A stretch of 64,000 bases of DNA from Dicyema japonicum. Taxonomy: Eukaryota; Animalia; Dicyemida. Below the pieces are notes generated by a model, which was not told the DNA's origin, did no database searches, and saw only the letters and a program-made list of their open reading frames with translations. The translations under genes were made by a program, and so were the position numbers. This document shows, piece after piece, positions 38,280 to 50,100 of the stretch. The stretch lies in the NCBI GenBank assembly GCA_011109175.1, contig RDEW01000024.1, forward strand, positions 733,016-797,015, given 5' to 3'. Position 1 is the first letter of the stretch. Each line of letters begins with the position of its first letter.

Positions 38280-38570
38280 TTTTACAGCATGGCTATTCTC
38301 TTCTTAACATGGACTCCATAACTTTGTTTTTAAGAACATTACGTCCCTCGTCTTCAAAAAATGCACTACATAACTTTGTTTAAGAACATTACTTCCCTCA
38401 TCTTCAAAAACACCCATATATCGATTTCCACTGACTCCTTCCAGAGTTCACTATATGACAACGATTTAACATTAGAGACTGACTTTTCAGAGTTCATCTC
38501 CAAGCCGGCAACAAGAAAGAATTCGCGAACAACTTTCATCATTTTAATAACAGTGAAATTTAGCTGAATG
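38280..38570 (+). pseudogene. Possible LRR-like gene relic (paralog 56195-56480) with a shared ~53-bp tandem duplication
   Basis: LFKNITSLIFKNTHISISTDSFQ; the duplication is present in both paralogs. Confidence 0.3.
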
Positions 38571-39960
38571 TAATATCCCTAGTTGTTGGTTGTAAAGTCC
38601 GAGATTTGTCCCGGCAACTATCGGGAGAAGCTTTCTTCAAAAGCGATTTTTTTGATAATATATACAATTTTGTTTTTTAATAAATCAAAGTTATTTCTTT
38701 TTTAAAATTAAATTGGTTAGCAATGCACGTGGTAGACGATATTGCATAAAATGCAGGAAGCGCTTAACAAGAACTTTGCACAATTGACTAAAGTTCCGTT
38801 ATAATGCGATCTAAAATGACTGGATCAGTGAAGATAGCTGTAATGTTCACGGTCCGCTCATCTAAAGTAAGCGGTGAGCAAACAGTTAGTCATAACGATA
38901 GGGAGGCTATAATACCGACTTCATTCCTTTCGAAAAGTCAGATGGAATAGTGTTCGTCTACAAATCGGTCCCAAATCCAAATAATCCACATCAAACAGAG
39001 GGAAAACGAAATATTTCCTATCTTTGTCATAAGGACTAAAAGTGAACCTTGATCACTTTCATAACAGTTTCCAACTGATTCTGAGTCAGGCCCCCACCAG
39101 TTGTTTTGTCACTACAAACCTGGAATAAATTTCTGTTCTTTTCGCGCGCTTTCTGAGGATAAGTCAAAGTCATACTTGTATGTCTCAGAATAAACTCTCA
39201 AATTCAATTTTTTCCATTTTCAAGTCATAATAAATGTTTCTTTGGCTAAGTGCTTCACTTCTCCAATTGCTTGAAAGCCAATGACCGCGAATTATAATAA
39301 TCGAGTACTCTCTTTCCTTTATGGCTGTCCTTCTCCAACAAAAGTTCACAGGCGAAATCCCTAAATCTATCCAAACTCCCTATCCGAAAATATCCGAATG
39401 TCATTTCTTGAATATATGACCTATTTTCACTAAAAAAATTTTTATTTTCATTATATTGAATTAGGGAATTATCATCATCGATTTGATCCCCCGATTAAAC
39501 TTTAAATGCTAATTTCTGAATTTTCAAAATTAATAATTGTATCTTTGGATTTCCATTTTATGGACCAACACAAGTACACATTAATTCGCCAAAGTTTATG
39601 ATTTTCTAACTGCCAGGTTGAGCTTATGATTAAGATGGCTTACATCCTGAAGACCTCGTTGAGCATTTTTCTAGCTAATCTGATTGCTTTCTCAGATTTC
39701 CTTATTAAAGAAAACTTTCATCAGAAAATAAACCTTACTGGTGGCCCTTGTCGGTCTGAAATCAACTAATTTGTTCAGAACTTTTATTTCATTTTCTCTG
39801 ACACAGTGATTTGTGATAATGATGTTTTGTTTATTATGCTAAGATGGATGGAAAGTTGATCTTGCGCTGAGAGTGATGACACGTTATTTAACAGGTGTCA
39901 ACATCTAATAATAATAAATAATAATAAAGCCTTTTCACGAGAGCCATATAAATTATAGTT

Positions 39961-40037
39961 ACGCATGGGCAGGACACACACTTTATTTAAGTAATGAACA
40001 TTTAATTTTTTCTAATCGTAGAACCAAGGAATGATCT
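39961..40037 (-). mobile_element. SINE 3' tail
   Basis: Reverse complement of aagatcattccttggttctac...gcccatgcgt. Confidence 0.7.
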
Positions 40038-41949
40038 TTAAATTTTTTAAAATATTAAAAATAATATTAAAAAAATAAAATTAATTTTTAAAAATGTTGG
40101 AAAATATCATTGAAAATAAAAAAAATCTATAAAATGGCAAATTTAAAAGTGGCATATTTGAGAGAGTTTACTGTATTTACTTTTTTATTAAAAAATACAA
40201 TATATTGATTTTGCTTTTGGAAAGTAGCTGTCATATTTTAAATAAGTACCATCTCCTATTTTCTGCAAACTTTTTAGGAATCAGCATTAGAGGGTGAGGT
40301 CTTCCTCTTTGGACTATTTCGTTTTTTAATCAATGTTTTAGTCCTTTAGTCTTTGAAAATGGAGAAATTCAGTCCATTTGAATAGTGTACTTACCTCATA
40401 TGATTGTTTTAACATTTGCCTATTTGATCAATATAATATTCATGCATCCACGTATTGACTGATGCTTATCAATTGCCGAGGTCATAGTTGATTATGGTTG
40501 GCAAATTTCTTGTATACATGATCGTGTATTCAAGTTCAAAAAGAACAAGCTGTGATTGCCCAGAATGTCGCATTTGACAGAATATCAATGTAGAGGATCT
40601 AATTACTGCTAACAAATGCTTATAGTTAATTCTCCAATTTATCACTTTTATATTGAAGAGAGGTCAGGGGATCACGGTTTACCTTCATTTTAAGTAGATG
40701 GTTCTTGTGCGATGAGTCTAGTTTTAGAGGATGCAAAAAATCTTACAGATCCTCAATTTCCATATCTTTTCATGAATTTTCCATATGCATCGAAAAAATT
40801 GACTTACATTAAATCGACCTTGAGGCATTCGTCGCATAATATTGAAATGCATTGACGTCATCCGTCAGAAGAACCGACCATTGGGGAGAGAATTATCAAA
40901 AAGACCAAGTTGAATCTCAGGGATCAGATTGTTCAGAAGCAAGATGAAAAGGAAAAACGGAAACATATTTACGAGGAGAGACATGAAATATTGACTTGTT
41001 AAGGAATAATGAGATATTTATAAAGGGNNNNNNNNNNNNNNNNNNNNNNNNNNNNNNNNNNNNNNNNNNNNNNNNNNNNNNNNNNNNNNNNNNNNNNNNN
41101 NNNNNNNNNNNNNNNNNNNNNNNNNNNNNNNNNNNNNNNNNNNAACAGGAACATTCATCTTCAAGCTTGCTTTAAATTATTTAAATTTTTTAAAATATTA
41201 AAAATAATATTAAAAAATAAAAATAATTTTTAAAAATGTTGGAAAATATCATTGAAAATAAAAAAAATCTATAAAATGGCAAATTTAAAAGTGGCATATT
41301 TGAGAGAGTTTACTGTATTTACTTTTTTATTAAAAAATACAATATATTGATTTTGCTTTTGGAAAGAGGCTGTCATATTCTAATAAGTACCATTTCCTAT
41401 TTTCAGCAAACTCTTTAGGAGCAAACTCTTAGGAGTCAGCATTGACGTCATCCGTCAGAAGAACCGACCATTGGGGAGAGAATTATCAAAAAGACCAAGT
41501 TGAATCTCAGGGATCAGATTGTTCAGAAGCAAGATGAAGAGGAAAAACGGAAACATATTTACGAGGAGAGACATGAAATATTGACTTGTTAAGGAATAAT
41601 GAGATATTTATAAAGGGGGAATTGCGAGTTTACATAGAAGCTGAAGATTCCATCAAAGAGTGATACATATGATTAAGATGATTGAAAACGTCGCCAAATA
41701 TACCAACAAAATAACAAAATTTTGAGATTTGATCAATCAAGTAGATCAGAGTTTTACAAATAAAAATTGTTCGATTTCAAGTTAGAGAATAAAACATCTT
41801 GTCAAAACACGAACTCTTGACAGCTATCTAACATCGTTATGATACAAGAGAACAGTGCGTCTGCATCAATACATAATGCTTTGAACAGTCTATGTTTCAA
41901 AGCTCTTTCTCAAATGAAATTCAAGATTTTGACACACGAATTTAAGACA

Positions 41950-42700
41950 TCTTTTAATTTAATCGGCTAAGACATCGATAAGAGAGAATGTCGATGAAGG
42001 ATACAGTGAATGACTGTTACATGTTTTCTCAAAAAGGCTGCAAACCCCGACCTGTTTCCGCGTATAACTGGAGCACCGTCCGTGCAAATTTACCTTATAA
42101 TTTCCAATGGAATATCATGTTCATCATGAAAAGTCTCAATTATATAGAAAACATTTTTTACAGAGGCTTCCGTTTCGAGAAGTTTACAAAAATAAAAATC
42201 TTCCACAATTAAATTTTCTTGTACATAACGAACAAAGCCAATTATTTGACTGCAATTATCAACATGGGTAGATTCACCCAACTTGATTGAAATCTTGATG
42301 CAAGAATTTTTTACATCCGAAAAAACCTTGTTTAAGAATATCACACCGATACAATTAATTCGATCCCGTATACAATTATTTGACAGTTTTCGAAAGGCGT
42401 CTGGACCAAGAAATGTTTTCACCATTTTCAATGCACATGGCTTAATTTAGTCTCTGGAATGGTATGTGGCTTTTTTGACTTCGCAACGTCATGTGCTACT
42501 TTAAATTTCGCCAAAAGTAACGGTTTATCAATGCAGATAAATCAAAGTATCGGAAGGGTTCCTTGGATATCTTATTGTGACCTTTTAGCCTTCAAACATT
42601 CAAGATTATTTCCTGAACGTTTTGCCCCGTGGATAGATTTAAAATGTCCGTTCAGTTTTGATGGTTTCAAATTTGAAATATAAAAATTGCATCACAAATC
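41950..42700 (-). mobile_element. hAT (Buster/Charlie-type) transposase fragment
   Basis: LSNNCIRDRI..LGESTHVDNCSQIIGFVRYV..EDFYFCKLL..ETFHDEHDIPL. Confidence 0.8.
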
Positions 42701-42746
42701 ATGCACTGGGGTCTATCGACTCCACGATTAATAATTTAATTTAAAT

Positions 42747-43900
42747 CAGGTTTGTTAAAAATCTTGATTTTTATGAAAAAATCTGATTTTTTTGAATTAA
42801 ATGATTTTTATTCAGATACAAAGTAAAATAAGAATAAAAACAACAGAAATCGTATTTATTTATTTAAAGGCTTGTAAACAATGACAAGTTTGGTAGATTT
42901 TTCAATTCCCAGAGTATTTAGTACATTTGAATGAAAAAATCCAAAAATCAAAATTATTCGTCGTATTCCACCTGTGAATGCAACTGCTTCAAGAATTTTT
43001 TGCAAAGTAAAATTACTTCTGAAGGTACTGGAAAGACTCCAACCAAGCTATAGGTGATACTTTGCTCAATAAATTCGGAGCGAGCATAGTTTGAATTGAT
43101 CAGCTTTTGCTCTGAAATTAACCAAAGTCTGAAGACCATATTCATAATGTTCAGCACAATCTCCAGGGCGAGGTCAATCTCAGCAGTTGAAAGAGATCTC
43201 CCACAACGTGTTGAATCCATTAGATTCTCAAATAAGTGGAAAGGTGTTAATGCTAGGCTTGGTCAATCTCAGCAGTTGAAAGAGATCTCCCACAACGTGT
43301 TGAATCCATTAGATTCTCAAATAAGTGGAAAGGTGTTAATTCTTGATCTGGTCGAGTTTTCACTTTTTCTAAAATAGTCGTACATTCATAGTCAATATAA
43401 GTCTGTTTAAACTCTCTCCAAATTTCTACAGCATGACTAATCGTCTTAGAATCATTTTGAATTTTGTCAAAGCGACAGCAATTGGTTTAATCAACCGCAA
43501 ATATTCTTCAACGCGTCGTTTTAGGCATATATTTTGTACTTTGGAACCAATCTCCAATATTCAATCTGTGTTCCTCACAAATTCTCATTTGATTGCTGGA
43601 ACTGGGATTACATAACCGTCTGACGTTTTTTCTTCCTTTCTTTCTCGGTGATCTAGAGGTTCTAAATAAATAAAGAACATTGAAATGCCATGTTTTACCT
43701 TGGTTCATTTGATTGCTGGAACTGGGATTACATAACCGTCTGATGTTTTTTCTTCCTTTCTTTCTCGGTGATCTCGAGGTTCTAAATAAATAAAGAACAT
43801 TGAAATATCATGTTTTACCTTGGTTTGATGATCTTCCTTTAAATAGATTTTATTTAAAATTATTTTTAATATTTTTTCAATATATATTTAAATTTATTTA
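42747..43900 (-). mobile_element. Second hAT-family transposase (C-terminal half) with subterminal repeats
   Basis: LKRRVEEYLRLIKPIAVAL..ISHAVEIW..LTPFHLFENL..FHSNVLNTLGIEKSTKLVIVYK*. Contains 89-bp (43172/43261) and 120-bp (43585/43705) duplications. Confidence 0.75.
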
Positions 43901-44099
43901 AAAAAAAACCCGGTGGCTTCTCCAGTTGATCTCTGTTACAATCGTAAGAGGCAACGCAAATTCGATAATGTTAGAGGGGTCTACTTTGGATGGATGACAG
44001 TATTTAAAACAAACAAACTAGTTTTTGAAGATCCTAGAAATTAGAGGAATGTTGAAACTTATATGGTTCCTAATGCAACTGATCGACAACAAATTTTGA

Positions 44100-44480
44100 A
44101 TCCAAGATTGGAGTCCAACAAGGCGACCCCAGTACCTCCTACTTTTTTCTTTGGGCATAGATTATGCAGCATCAGCGATTGGAACTCCACTGAACTTATG
44201 GTACCTGGATGATTCGACCGTGGGAAGGAATTGCAAATTTTGTGGAAAAGGTCGAGTACCCCATCTTAGCACTTACAGCACTAGGTTGGAACCAAATCCG
44301 TATAAATGTGAAATCATTAGCGTTGCTTATGTAGAGGACAACTTTGACCATGTAGTGATTTCTACTTATCTCGGTCACTCGACTAGAAAACGCAATTTTC
44401 TCGGCTCTCCTTTATATGGAAGTGATATGTCAAAAAATGCATCTGGTTCAGTTTTCAGACAAAGGTGTTGTCTGGTTTAT
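44100..44480 (+). mobile_element. CRE-type RT fragment
   Basis: LNLWYLDDSTVG..LEPNPYKCEII. Confidence 0.7.
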
Positions 44481-44499
44481 TTTAGATCGACTTTACGAT

Positions 44500-45300
44500 A
44501 GCAGCTAGATGAGCATTCTGCGCAATTTTGGTGTAGATTGTGTTTGGATTGATTTTCCCGATCTCTGACGTGACTGTGCTACATAAGATTTACTCATGTC
44601 TGTGTGCCTTGATATTCTGTTGGGTTTCTATGAGAACCATCCGAAGACAAGGAGATAATAAAATACTAATTCGTCTCCTCCTCCAATAGACGATCTGATA
44701 TTCTCTTTGAGGGGACATCTGGGTAATCCCGATTCGTCTCTCTCTACAGACGCACGTATGTAAACTGGATGATGTAAAAGATGTCCTCTGTCCCCTTATG
44801 CATGTCAAAAGTCACCCCAAGGATCCTTTGGGATTTTATGAAAGGAATAGCTTCATTGTTTGCCTTCAGTTCGACCGTCTGTCTTCCCAGTCTCTCTCTG
44901 AGGTAAATAGGGTTGTGACGGACAATTCACTGCTAGTAGTTAGGCGATTCGTCGTTAGGTGATTTGTCAAGACGGTCCAGATTTTCTGTCAATCACGAAG
45001 TGGCAATCTGGATGTCCTGATCGCGTGACGCATGACGATGTCGTCGGCATAAGTTAGAATAATATCATTTTCGGAGTCTTAGGTGGGGAGGTCCGCCATG
45101 AATAGGTTGCATAAAACTGGAGACAAAGAGGATTTTTGGGGAACCCCATTAGGGAGAAGCCGTGAAATAGGCCAATGATTTTGACATCTCAACAGCACTT
45201 GTCCGTCAACGAGCGACCATTCTCTACTATAAAATTAGCCTCTCAGCTGAATGTTGACCATCAAAAAATAGTTGGATCCATCCATACCATGTCCTCAATA
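44500..45300 (-). mobile_element. I-group LINE RT fragment
   Basis: GVPQKSSLSPVLCNLF..YADD..PRILGVTFD. Confidence 0.75.
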
Positions 45301-45560
45301 GACTCGCAGGTTTGTTTATATTCTTAAAAAGATTATAATTTTTTAATTAAAATCAGACACAGACATCAAGCTCGCCGACCATGGTCTCGAGACCATCAAT
45401 GACGGTACGCTTGAAGAAGTGTATTTTCACTTTTGAAATGTCAGACCAAAAATATGATGGAACTAATTGAGGTAGTCTTAGTTTTTCACTAAGAACGCTT
45501 TTCCGAACGTCATGCTTGGCTTAAACGGCATCATTTCCCTTGATGGATGATCGTTGAAGA
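45270..45560 (+). pseudogene. Possible protein-kinase catalytic-domain relic
   Basis: Two 22-nt GT-AG introns flank NFLIK(fs)SDTDIKLADHGL, which is DFG-like. Confidence 0.3.
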
Positions 45561-46210
45561 ATGTGATGAGGACACGTGTTTTCTAACAAATAGTGATAAA
45601 TTTGAGGCCACTACAGTCGCTCTTCTACGAGATATTAAATCTTCTAAGAACTCTCTCGACGCCTCCGTTCTTCTGATTAAACGGAAGCTTGCCACTCAAA
45701 AGCAAGTCTTAAACTAATATGTAGTAAAGTGAGTTATTTTTCTTGACACGTGGAGCAGCATTTTAAACTTGTGGGTCAAAGGAGGAGACTGATTTGACGA
45801 CTGCTATCGTCCGGGTGAGCCAATAGGTTATTATGAAGTATCAGTCGGACTGGCACCACAAGATGTGAAGAACATTTTAAGGACTCACACGACTGCGACA
45901 ACTACCAAGATGTTGTATAAGCTGTCCCAGGAGTTTAAACCTATGAAGTATTTTTTGATCGACCGTGTTTTAAGCGAGGAAATATCGTCTAAAGAGGATG
46001 CTCAAGAGAAAATTTCACACAATGAACACAAAAGTCAAATAAAATATATCACGCAGAAAAAAGAAGAAAGTGTAAATCCCCTCTTCTTTCATGAGAGCGA
46101 TGTTAGGGATACACTATATTCCGCAAACACCTCACTCTCACCGTTATTCTATTAAAAATCTTGTATACTTCATGTTGGAAACACTGGTGTAGAGGATTGT
46201 CCTAAAAGTT

Positions 46211-46452
46211 TGTTTCATCACCGGACATATTAAATTGAGACTGAAAACTCTACTAAATTAAGTTGGCATATATTTTAAAACAATCTTATTAAATAGAGCA
46301 GCGATTTTTTTCGTATTATAAGAGTGTTCGTCGAAAAATTTAACAGATCGCTAAAGACAATGTGGTTTGAAACTGTTGGATCAAATTGATAAATCCTTAG
46401 ATTGAGATATTTTTATGTTAAAAGTGAAATTATGAGTGACAAAATAATTATT
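46211..46452 (+). mobile_element. Integrase-like fragment inserted only in copy B
   Basis: VEKFNRSLKTMW resembles the ERFNRTLK integrase motif. Confidence 0.4.
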
Positions 46453-46503
46453 AAAACCATTTAATCCCTTAAAAACAAAAAGTTAACTAATCAATCGATC
46501 AAA

Positions 46504-47672
46504 TTATTCGATTATAGGATAAATTGGACTGAAAGGAAATCCACAGTTATATTTCCCACGTGACAGTTTGAAGTATCCAAATATACCCCATGCTTTTCCC
46601 CATCCATTTTTGATAAGCCAATACTCTTCACCTTTCATAATTCCATAACCAACAACAGAAATTACATGATTATAGTTCAAGTTATAACAATTCCTGATAT
46701 GGTATACTCCTAAAACGTTTCATTTATATTTACCTCGGAGATAAGTTTGCATGCTTACAAAAGAACCATCAATTACAACAGTAATAGGATCAACTTTAAT
46801 GAGATAGTCCATAAGCATTTGTTCGTCACCATCATTAAGTATTTTATAACCAGTCAATTTAAGTTTAATATTTGGTTTATCATCATATTTACATTTACCC
46901 TCCTATAGAGTTATCGATAGAGACATTACCTTAGCCACATACGGATATCGTTTTTCAGAATTAATTCCTCCGTTATTTGTAATGTAATCATAAACATCAT
47001 CAACAAATCCACCACTGCATCCATGATCATTTATACAATCTACAATGTTTCGTTCACTCATAGATATAAGAATATTGTGTTTGATTGCATAATGTGACTC
47101 CAACGTAGCCAACTAAATGCGTTAAACATTTGTTAACTGCTCCAAATGCATAGCAAGACCCACAAAAACCTTGAGTTTTTATATCAGTTACACAGTTTCG
47201 TTTTACCCAACTAAATGATTTGGGATATCTTGTTTTATTTGTATACACAGTATGATCTTCTAATAATTCATCTGTGTTTGTTTGATTTGAATAAGAATTA
47301 AACTTGAATTTGTTTGGTTTTCTAAATTCCCTTCTTGTCTACAAAAATATATTGTAATTAAACCAGGTCAGCGAACTGATTAATTCCCAATTCATACAAA
47401 AATCTTCCATGATTAAAAAGTAAATTGTGGTTGTCAATGAATATTAAGTTTTCAGTAAAAATAGCCTTTCTAACCTGTAGTTCTAAGCCAGAATATGATT
47501 TATCTTAAAATAAGTAATAATAAATTTAACTATATTTTTCTATGAAATTATTCCATTGGATTTCATAATATTCATTGTCTTTAAGTGAATAATTGATTGA
47601 TTCGTATTTGAAATGAATTTTGGATGAATTAAAGTTATTCAAAAATATAACAAGGAAAAATATGTTGATCAT
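46504..47672 (-). CDS. Cathepsin L-like cysteine protease (papain family C1A), intact, 346 aa, 6 exons
   Basis: Introns 47504-47530, 47339-47363, 47113-47137, 46903-46929 and 46710-46733 (27, 25, 25, 27, 24 nt) give 347 codons including the stop. Signal peptide, ERFNIN, GNFD, QGFCGSC, NH and KN catalytic residues are present. Confidence 0.92.
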
Positions 47673-47940
47673 TTTAATTAATTCTGTTTATTTTTTATTT
47701 ACATAATTTTAAAAAAATATATATTTTTGTTTTTTATGAGTTTATCCAGACGAAATTGATAATCGCATTATCTTCGCTAGATGGTCTTTCCTTGATCTTT
47801 TACCAGCTCTTTGGGTTCGGGTTCTGTTCTGGTCACGTTGGATTAGGTCTTCTCTGTTATTAGTGGTAACTTAGGTTACTAAAAATAGGAACTAGCTTGA
47901 AGACAGATAGAATATTCCCAAGGAAGACTTGTCTTCATTG

Positions 47941-49200
47941 TTCTCCATCTCCCTCTGCTTTACGCATCTGTCCGTAGATCTTCTAGGTCACTGCAGATTA
48001 AAGTTTCTTCCAATTCCGTTAATATCCTTGTTTAGAGCCACAGAGAGGGTGACTCTAGGCCTTCCTCTGAATGATAGTTTGTTCTCATTGTTAAACTAAT
48101 TGTCCATTATTATATTTGCATGGGCGTTTATGTTCATTTTAAGCACGTGCCTAAACAGTTTCTATCTTGATTCAATAATGTCGATCATTTTTGCCTCTAT
48201 TGTGTCACAGAGTATAATTACTTATTTTAAATCTTCTTAGAAAAGCCTAGCCCCATTAAATTTCGTAATTGTTTTCGATGAAATATATCCAATTTCTTAA
48301 GCTCTGTGACCCCTCTCCCCCATGTACCCGAGTTGTACATAAGCACCGGCTTCATAAATGAGTTGTATATCTTATTCTTAGATATTTTTTTTAGTTTTCG
48401 TCGACTCCATATCTTCTGCATTTTCATGTAAATGACATATCGCATTCCAATCCATATCCTCCAAAGGAAAGCTTAAATAATTAAATCACCCCAACTTGTA
48501 TTCCAAAGCCTATAAAGTCATTTTGCGAATTGTCGGAAAATTGAGTACTCAAAGTAGACGACTACAATAAGTTTACAATGGAATTGAGTCTCCTCTAATC
48601 CATTAGATTCAACCCGCACCGTAATAAGAGAAACTCCCCCAGAACATGATTTTTCCTAAAACTGAAATTTCAGTAAGCTAACTTTTTCCAAACTTATTAG
48701 TTTACGCTATGAATTCCGGCTTCAAAGAGTCTTTTGCATTTTTGTAAACTATTGCGTTCTTCTTTGTAGGTCTCAGTTCAAATGAACATTCGTCAGAAAT
48801 GATGTAAGTTTTCCATTCATCATCAGAAACTTGTAAAAAATTTACCATTTTCGTCTTTTCAGAATGTTTTTTTTTCAACTCTAACAGGGTTTTTTGATTG
48901 TTTTTCGATAGAATATTTCTTTTTTATTTAGAGTTGGGATTACTGCATGCCTGGAAACTTATCTTCCAATGGAATTTTTGAGTTCCGTAGATAACTTTAG
49001 CATTGAAAACTAAGGGTTTCACTGGAAATATTGCTAAAGTAATTATCTTCGATTCATTTAACTTTGGTAGACGCCCTACCCGGATTACGAAAAATCCTTC
49101 CGGTCTTTTGTATCTACTGATGAAACTTCCGACAGTAGAAAAGGGAACTTCAGTCTCTATGGAAATTTGTCTAAGAGACATTTTCTGGTTGTGCAGTGCA
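47941..49200 (-). mobile_element. RTE fragment (47941-48600) + Tc1 fragment (48610-49200)
   Basis: Paralogs of 31623-33060. Confidence 0.8.
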
Positions 49201-50100
49201 ATCCGAGAGTTTCATCACTCTTTATCCCAAGATATTCATCCACTTGCATGCCCAGAGTATCTTTCTTTTAAGAATCCTGTTTCCACTTCAAGAAAAATTG
49301 TACTTGGCAAGTCATCTCAGAGGTGTTCATGTTACCGTCTAGTCAGAACTTGGAATCGTGAAATCTCCTGTTCTGCTTGTGGAGATTTCTTCCACTTCGG
49401 TTGTATCAGGCTATCCCAATCTGCAGCGAGTGGGCTTGGATTCTGCCACTACCAGTCACTTTCCATATCGGTTTTACCTCAAGATTTCTTCCACCTTGGT
49501 TTTACCTCTGCCTATGCAGGGAGGGTCCCCGTACCCGCTCCATTGTTAACTATCCCGTTAATTACCAATCAACCACTGACCTCCGCAACATTGTTACATT
49601 TCATCTCTGAGTTACGTTCTTAACGTACTATCCCTGTAAAGAACCCCAAGGTCATACGACTTGTCGATTCGGAAGCCTTTTCCAAAAACATCCAAGATAC
49701 CATCCGGACTAACCCAGTACAAGATTAGGTGAGCCTATTGTGTTTTGCGTTTTCCACTCTAGGAGTTGATCTAGATGGTCACAAATAGAAGTCTGTGCTA
49801 CATGCATGATGAGGACACACTCGTTCTTTTATGGAAAAACCCATATCCCCAGTTACCTCACAGTTTCTAGCCGTACAAAAGGAAACACATGTTCCTAACA
49901 AGGAAATCGAAATACTTCGCATCAAAAGAACTGTTAGGTCGAAATTAATAGAAGGTGGTACTCGCTCACCCATCAGAGTACTATCCTAAAGTTGACCGAG
50001 AAAACCGACTCCCTACGCCTACAATATTTTACTGAACAATCATTTTCTGCCACTTCACTACCTACGTCCAGTAGGTAACTAAAGGAGACTTCTATATCTA
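49200..50100 (+). mobile_element. Ingi/I-like LINE 5' region: PHD finger + APE start
   Basis: EISCSACGDFFHFGC; LAVQKETHVP. Confidence 0.6.

Larger units (their letters stand above)
29050..40800 (+). repeat. Segmental duplication, copy A (paralog of ~45986-60830)
   Basis: Collinear blocks: cathepsin, RTE, Tc1, PHD, LRR relic, discoidin-like relic, RT, CRE and AT-rich segments. Roughly 85-92% identity by eye, with copy-specific indels. Confidence 0.92.

Noticed and set aside
38950-39330. Trypsin-like protease relic on the minus strand (NCYESDQGSLLV)
   Set aside because: A single weak resemblance to GDSGGP, with no other catalytic motifs.
40700-40780. BspA-type LRR (ESSFRGC..KNLT), also near 60940
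   Set aside because: The two halves are in different reading frames and only one unit is seen.
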